Position numbers and translations under genes: made by a program
Assembly: GCA_963835065.1 (NCBI GenBank)
Contig: CAWIEK010000044.1
Span: 320,001-384,000 of the forward strand
Length of the DNA: 64,000 bases
Direction: 5' to 3'
Source: an uncultured Chthonomonadaceae bacterium
GTDB taxonomy: Bacteria > Armatimonadota > Chthonomonadetes > Chthonomonadales > Chthonomonadaceae
Notes under the pieces: generated by a model
Databases searched by the model: none
What the model saw: only the letters and a program-made list of their open reading frames with translations
Told to the model about the DNA's origin: nothing
Shown: piece by piece, positions 59,256 through 64,000 of the stretch
How positions within the stretch are numbered: the stretch's first letter is position 1
How the letters are laid out: every line of letters begins with the position of its first letter

Positions 59256-59699
59256 TTACTCCAACACCTGCGCAATCAGATTTTGCCACGTGGGGTTCGG
59301 CTCCCATATTCGATGCAGGTCTTGAGCAGCCACTTCCGGCGCGACATTCTGCTTGACAATACGATACAGGTACATGAAGGCGGAAACGCGCATGTTCATG
59401 GCGCAGTGGACGAAGACCTGCTTGCCTTCGTTCGCCTGCATCGTGGCAAAGAACTGTTCCACATCTTCGACCTTTGGCGCGTCCCATATCACGGGAATGG
59501 AAATATACTCCATGCCATTGCCTTCTACCAGGGCACACTCGTTGGGCAGTGTGTCAGCAGCAGGGCGCAGGTTTACCACAACCTCGTACCCGGCTGCTTT
59601 GACGATGGCTAATTGCTCGGCAGTCGGCTGGCCTGCCGTGCCAATTTGATCGGAAAGGCGCAAAAAGTGGGGAATGGCTTCGAGAGATGTATGGGACAT
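59256..59699 (-). CDS. protein tyrosine phosphatase-like (DUF442) protein
   Basis: TAGQPT, VVNLRP, VHCAMNMRVS CX5R motif. Confidence 0.88.
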   Translation of the reverse strand: MSHTSLEAIPHFLRLSDQIGTAGQPTAEQLAIVKAAGYEVVVNLRPAADTLPNECALVEGNGMEYISIPVIWDAPKVEDVEQFFATMQANEGKQVFVHCAMNMRVSAFMYLYRIVKQNVAPEVAAQDLHRIWEPNPTWQNLIAQVLE

Positions 59700-59713
59700 C
59701 AATGTACCTCCGG

Positions 59714-61437
59714 TTATTCCTGTACAGGCTGGTAGATTAAACCCAGATTGGTCAACTTCCCCTGACGAAAGCGTGATACCTCCCCAACACTATCGTTCTG
59801 GTGAGCCGCAGGAACGCCTTCTACATCACGGGTACGATCAAACTGCGTAATCAAGGCTCCGCCATGAGGAAGCGGCTGGCAATCCGCTCCATAGCGCCCG
59901 TAACACTCGCATTTTTGAATGAGCGTTCGGCCTCGTATAGCCACGATGAAAGTTGTTTTCGGCGCGGTGATGCCCCTTGATGAAAACATACGGGCGTCCA
60001 TCCGTATCGTAAAAGACCTGCACGGCAGGCTGAAAGAAGAACGTTTCGCCGCCGAATTGCTTACCGCGTCGTCCGTTCCTGTCTACCAGAGCAACGCCCC
60101 ATGCGCCCTCTCCTCCCTCTTGATGAATTTCGGGACAACGCACTGTTTCCATCCAACGTCCCTTATCTACTGCAACGCGCGTTGGCCGCCTGGAATAAGC
60201 GTCTCTCCATCCCGATGCGGCCTGTCCTTCAATTCCTGCCATCTGCCTGTTGGCAATGGTTCCGGTTCGCAGCAGGCCGGCAACGCGCTCCTGGCCCAGA
60301 TGAATCGCCCGTTGTTCTGCCGTCCAATGCTTCTCATGGTCGCGCGCCTGCCGGTCTGCCCCATGTTTAAGTAAGGCTTGAACCACTGCCAGGTTGTCGT
60401 TCTGTGCCGCAAACATCAGCGCTGTCCAGCCCAGGTCGTCGCGTAAATTCACGTTTGCGCCCTGTGCCAGAAGCAGATGAAGAACGCGCGTTTCTCCATT
60501 GGCGGCTGCAAACATCAAGGGGAGTACGTCCGCGCTTGTCCCGGCTGTTCACTGACAATCCGCGCCGCAGCGCTTCTTTAGCGATAGCAGTATTCCCCGT
60601 TTCCGCGGCCCAGCAGAGCAGGTTCCATCCATTATTATGGGCAGTGGTGACATCTACCCCGCGCTGCAGCAACACCTTTAGGATGCTGAGACTGCCCGCA
60701 TCGTTGACGCTGACTTGTAAAGGCGTGTCACCGGTTTGATTGCCCTTGTTGATGTCGGCTCCTCTGGCAATCAGCCATTGCGCTATTTCCGGTTCCTCCA
60801 CTTCAATGGCAACCAGCAAAGGGGTATCTCCGTTGCTGTCAGTGGCATGAACATCTGCGCCCTTGTCCAACATGAGCCGCGCGAGAGTACGGCAGGTAGT
60901 GTCGCCATACACAGGCCGATTGAACTTGCGAAGGGTCGCAATCACGAGTGGAGGATTATAGTTCAAGTCGTAAGTTTTCACATTGGGATCAGCGCCGCGC
61001 GCAAGCAGCGTTTGCATGAGGTCAGCATGGTCTTCGAGAAAGGCGAGTGTCAGGGCGGTTTCATTGCTGCTGTTGACGGCATTGACGCGCGCGCCGGCAT
61101 CCAGCAGTCGCTGCGTGGAGAGAAAGTCGCCCTTTCGAGCCGCCAGCATTAGCGCAGTATCGGTCAGCGTATCAGCGGAGGAGCGGTGCAGCCAGAGACG
61201 GAGGATTTCATGCCAGGAACGAGGCGCCTGTGCGGTGTCGCGCGCGTTGGGATCGGCTCCCTGACGCAGCAAGGCCGGAAGTTCCTCGGACGCCTGCTGA
61301 TGAACGGCGTTGAGTAAAGCATGGTTGAGTCGTTCCTGCCGCGCCGCGCGCCACAGCAGCCAGCCGAATGCGCTGCCAGCCATCAAGAGTAGGCAGGAGA
61401 CAAGCATGATAGAATGTCGAGGAATACGTCTTTTCAT
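59714..61437 (-). CDS. ankyrin-repeat protein with N-terminal TM and unknown C-terminal domain; frameshifts near 60520 and 60000
   Basis: Multiple G.TPL/TAL..A..GADVN repeats over ORFs 60367-61437 and 59838-60518. Confidence 0.85.
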
Positions 61438-61764
61438 GGGTGTTGTTTCACCGGGAATACTCTTTGCCGTCTGTTCGGATATTGAAAAAAGGAATGTCTC
61501 TTAGTTCGACAGGAAGGGGCGGTTCCCCTTTGCAATGATTTGCCTGCTTGCAACAAAGAAACGGGCAGCCTTGTCAATCCACCCAGTGTGACAAAACGCC
61601 TCAACGCGCCAAAAGAATAAAATGGCAGCGTTGTCTTTTTGCTTGAAGGAGAAGAACGCTTATGGAAGCCCAATCTCGCCTTGCTTTCCCTGATAATAAT
61701 AAATAACAGGTATATTAGACTCTATACGATTTAGGGGCATAACAGAGGAAGGAGAGAACAGGAT

Positions 61765-62451
61765 TTGCAACTCACAGAGGCAGTACCCTGGGGCAGACTG
61801 GCAAGCGAGTACATCAGCATGTTCAGCCTGACGCCGCAAGACATGAACGGACGTATTCTGGATTGTGGGGGAGGGCCGAGCAGTTTTACGTCCGAGTTGA
61901 CAAAGCAGGGGAGGAGGGTGACTTCGTGTGATCCGCTGTATCAGTTTACCAGCGAGGAAATACGTCAGCGCATAGAGGAAACCTATGTCAAGATGACCGC
62001 CCTTAACGAAGCCAACAAGGACAACTTTCGTTGGGACATGTACGGTTCACCGGCTCAATTAGGGCAGACCAGGATGCGCGCCATGCGCCTGTTCCTGGAC
62101 GACTATTCACAAGGCCAGGAACAGCGACGGTATGTCACCGGAGAACTGCCCTGCTTACCATTTCCATGCGGCAGTTTCGACTTGGCGCTATGTTCGCACT
62201 TCCTGTTCACCTACTCCGAGCAGTTCACGGCGGAGTTTCACGTTCAGAGCATCATTGAAATGGCGCGCGTGGCCCACGAAGCACGTATTTTTCCTTTGCT
62301 CACGGCCTTCACGGGCGAACTCTCCCCGCATCTGCCCGCCGTTATGGAAGCGTTGCGTGAACAGGGCTGTTCGGTTGAAGTCTGCCCGGTGGCTTATGAG
62401 TTCCAGAAGCGCGGCAATCGAATGCTTTGCGTTGCCACGGGTTCGCGCTGA
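61765..62451 (+). CDS. SAM-dependent methyltransferase
   Basis: ILDCGGGPSSF, FDLALCSHFLF. Confidence 0.85.
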   Translation: MQLTEAVPWGRLASEYISMFSLTPQDMNGRILDCGGGPSSFTSELTKQGRRVTSCDPLYQFTSEEIRQRIEETYVKMTALNEANKDNFRWDMYGSPAQLGQTRMRAMRLFLDDYSQGQEQRRYVTGELPCLPFPCGSFDLALCSHFLFTYSEQFTAEFHVQSIIEMARVAHEARIFPLLTAFTGELSPHLPAVMEALREQGCSVEVCPVAYEFQKRGNRMLCVATGSR

Positions 62452-62520
62452 ACCGGCAACCCTGTTGGGTATTGCTGATTGCTGCCCTCTTTATTCGCGC
62501 GCTACCTTCGAGATATTCCC

Positions 62521-63315
62521 ATGACATACACCGGCTTGAAAGCCACTTTCGATGCGGTTGCGGCTGGCTATGACGCCGTTCGGCCCACCTACCCGCAAGA
62601 ACTGATCCACAGCATCCTTGACTTTTCCCAATTGCCCCAACAGGGGCGTATCCTCGAAGTCGGCTGTGGAACCGGGCAAGCAACGCTGCCGTTTGCCGCC
62701 AGAGGCTATGCCATGCTGTGTCTGGAACCGGGACACAATCTGGCTGCGACGCTTGCCCATCATGTTGCCCCGTTTCCCCGGATTGCAATTGAGGAAGTCA
62801 CCTTTGAGGATTGGCCTGTCGAAACAGAAGCCTTTGACCTGGTCATGGCAGCGCAATCCTTCCACTGGATACCTGCGGAGATCGGCTGCGCGAAAGCGGC
62901 ACAGGCGCTCAAACCCACCGGCAGCCTCGCCTTGTTCTGGAACCTGTCTCCTGATAGTGAAGGCCCGGAACACGAGGCCTGGTCACGGATACAGCAGGTG
63001 TATTGGGAATGTGCGCCGGAAATCGCGCATGAGCCGGGAGCCGATCCGCTGACAGCCCAGGTTCGTACTCTTGAGGCACAATTGCGGGCGCAGCACAAAT
63101 ACTTTCGGGACGTGGTTGTGCAGCAGTTTCCCTGGTCGCTACGCTATGACACGGCTCAATACCTGCAGCTTCTCAACACCTACTCCAATCATCTGACGCT
63201 GCCCGACGAAAGAAGAAAATGTCTGCGCGGTGGCATCGCTGAGGTTATTGAGCAACATGGAGGTTCTGTGAGCAAAAACTACGTCTCGTTGCTGCTGGCA
63301 GCCCACAAGGTGTAA
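62521..63315 (+). CDS. class I SAM-dependent methyltransferase
   Basis: ILEVGCGTGQAT, FDLVMAAQSFHWI. Confidence 0.9.
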   Translation: MTYTGLKATFDAVAAGYDAVRPTYPQELIHSILDFSQLPQQGRILEVGCGTGQATLPFAARGYAMLCLEPGHNLAATLAHHVAPFPRIAIEEVTFEDWPVETEAFDLVMAAQSFHWIPAEIGCAKAAQALKPTGSLALFWNLSPDSEGPEHEAWSRIQQVYWECAPEIAHEPGADPLTAQVRTLEAQLRAQHKYFRDVVVQQFPWSLRYDTAQYLQLLNTYSNHLTLPDERRKCLRGGIAEVIEQHGGSVSKNYVSLLLAAHKV

Positions 63316-63393
63316 ATAGGATCAGGCTGTTATGTGCAGCGCAGGCCGCTCATGGTATAGTTTTGTTCGCGCGCAGAGAAAATTTTGAGGAGG

Positions 63394-63870
63394 TCAGGGA
63401 AGCGTCACATTGGCAGCCGTAAAGGGCGTGTTGCCTTTTCGGGCGGACGTGTCCTGCGCGTAGAGGACGGTGTTGACCGTAGGCACAATGGCGGTTTGCG
63501 CAAGCGTGAACTGGTACGTCCAGCCGTTGGGATCGGAGTTGACCTGTCCGTTCGGGGTCGTGACCTGCTGCAATTTCTGCCGCCCGCCGATCAGCGATTG
63601 GCCGGAGGGGTTGAAAATATCAACCGCAGGCGGATTGGCCGGGTCGTAAGGATCGTTGAAGGCGATGTCGGCGTGGTAGAGAAACGTTTGCCCCCCGCCC
63701 ACCGTCGGCGTTCCCACGCGAGTAATCGTGGAACTCGTGACAAACGGCCCGTTGCTGGTATCAAAGTTGGAAGAGCTGTCGCTGCACCCGGTCAGCGCCA
63801 GCAGACAAACGCCGACAAGCAGGAAAAACGCGGCAAACGAACCTGTGATGTTTGTTAAAAGTAAGCGCAT
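63394..63870 (-). CDS. putative lipoprotein
   Basis: Hydrophobic leader with LTGC lipobox; AGGAG SD. Confidence 0.7.
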   Translation of the reverse strand: MRLLLTNITGSFAAFFLLVGVCLLALTGCSDSSSNFDTSNGPFVTSSTITRVGTPTVGGGQTFLYHADIAFNDPYDPANPPAVDIFNPSGQSLIGGRQKLQQVTTPNGQVNSDPNGWTYQFTLAQTAIVPTVNTVLYAQDTSARKGNTPFTAANVTLP

Positions 63871-63934
63871 GGCAACTCTCCTGTAATTTAAATCCATTCG
63901 CGTTCATTCGCGTTCATTCGCGGCTAATTTCCAG

Positions 63935-64000
63935 TCACCGCGCCTGCATCTTCAAAATCGTCACGGAGTACGGCGCGAAGGTGTAGGTGAAATCGGTTCC
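63935..64000 (-). CDS. C-terminal end of a GH51 arabinofuranosidase-like protein (partial)
   Basis: GTDFTYTFAPYSVTILKMQAR* resembles the GH51 C-terminal beta strands. Confidence 0.5.
   Translation of the reverse strand, partial: GTDFTYTFAPYSVTILKMQAR

Overview
GC-rich bacterial chromosomal window. The lineage is probably Armatimonadota-like; this is an inference from protein style, not a database result. It carries housekeeping genes (der, radA, Sdh1-type sdhAB, aat, ispG, an HtrA-like protease), several carbohydrate-active enzymes (GH27, GH32, GH78, SGNH, plus GH92 and GH51 fragments), a lower-GC type IIG restriction-modification gene, an orphan SUKH/Imm21 immunity pair, a cyclase-STAND-TPR protein, and a decayed IS3 element with a 70-bp mini-element nested inside it. 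At least 11 genes have single-base frameshifts, which fits indel errors in an unpolished long-read assembly. Intergenic space is dense in palindromic repeats (REP doublets, MITE-like units, inverted heptamer arrays). The strongest unexplained signal is a dispersed three-copy cassette (about 14364-14600 +, 22402-22686 +, 42880-43110 -). Each copy has an A-tract, an ECF-sigma-like promoter (GAA(A)CC-N16-(C/T)GTCTAA), a 5' hairpin, a strong SD plus ATG, and a 108-nt core that is 94-96% identical between copies while the spacers have diverged. It is a candidate multicopy sigma-regulated sRNA or micropeptide system. No rRNA, tRNA or CRISPR array was recognised.
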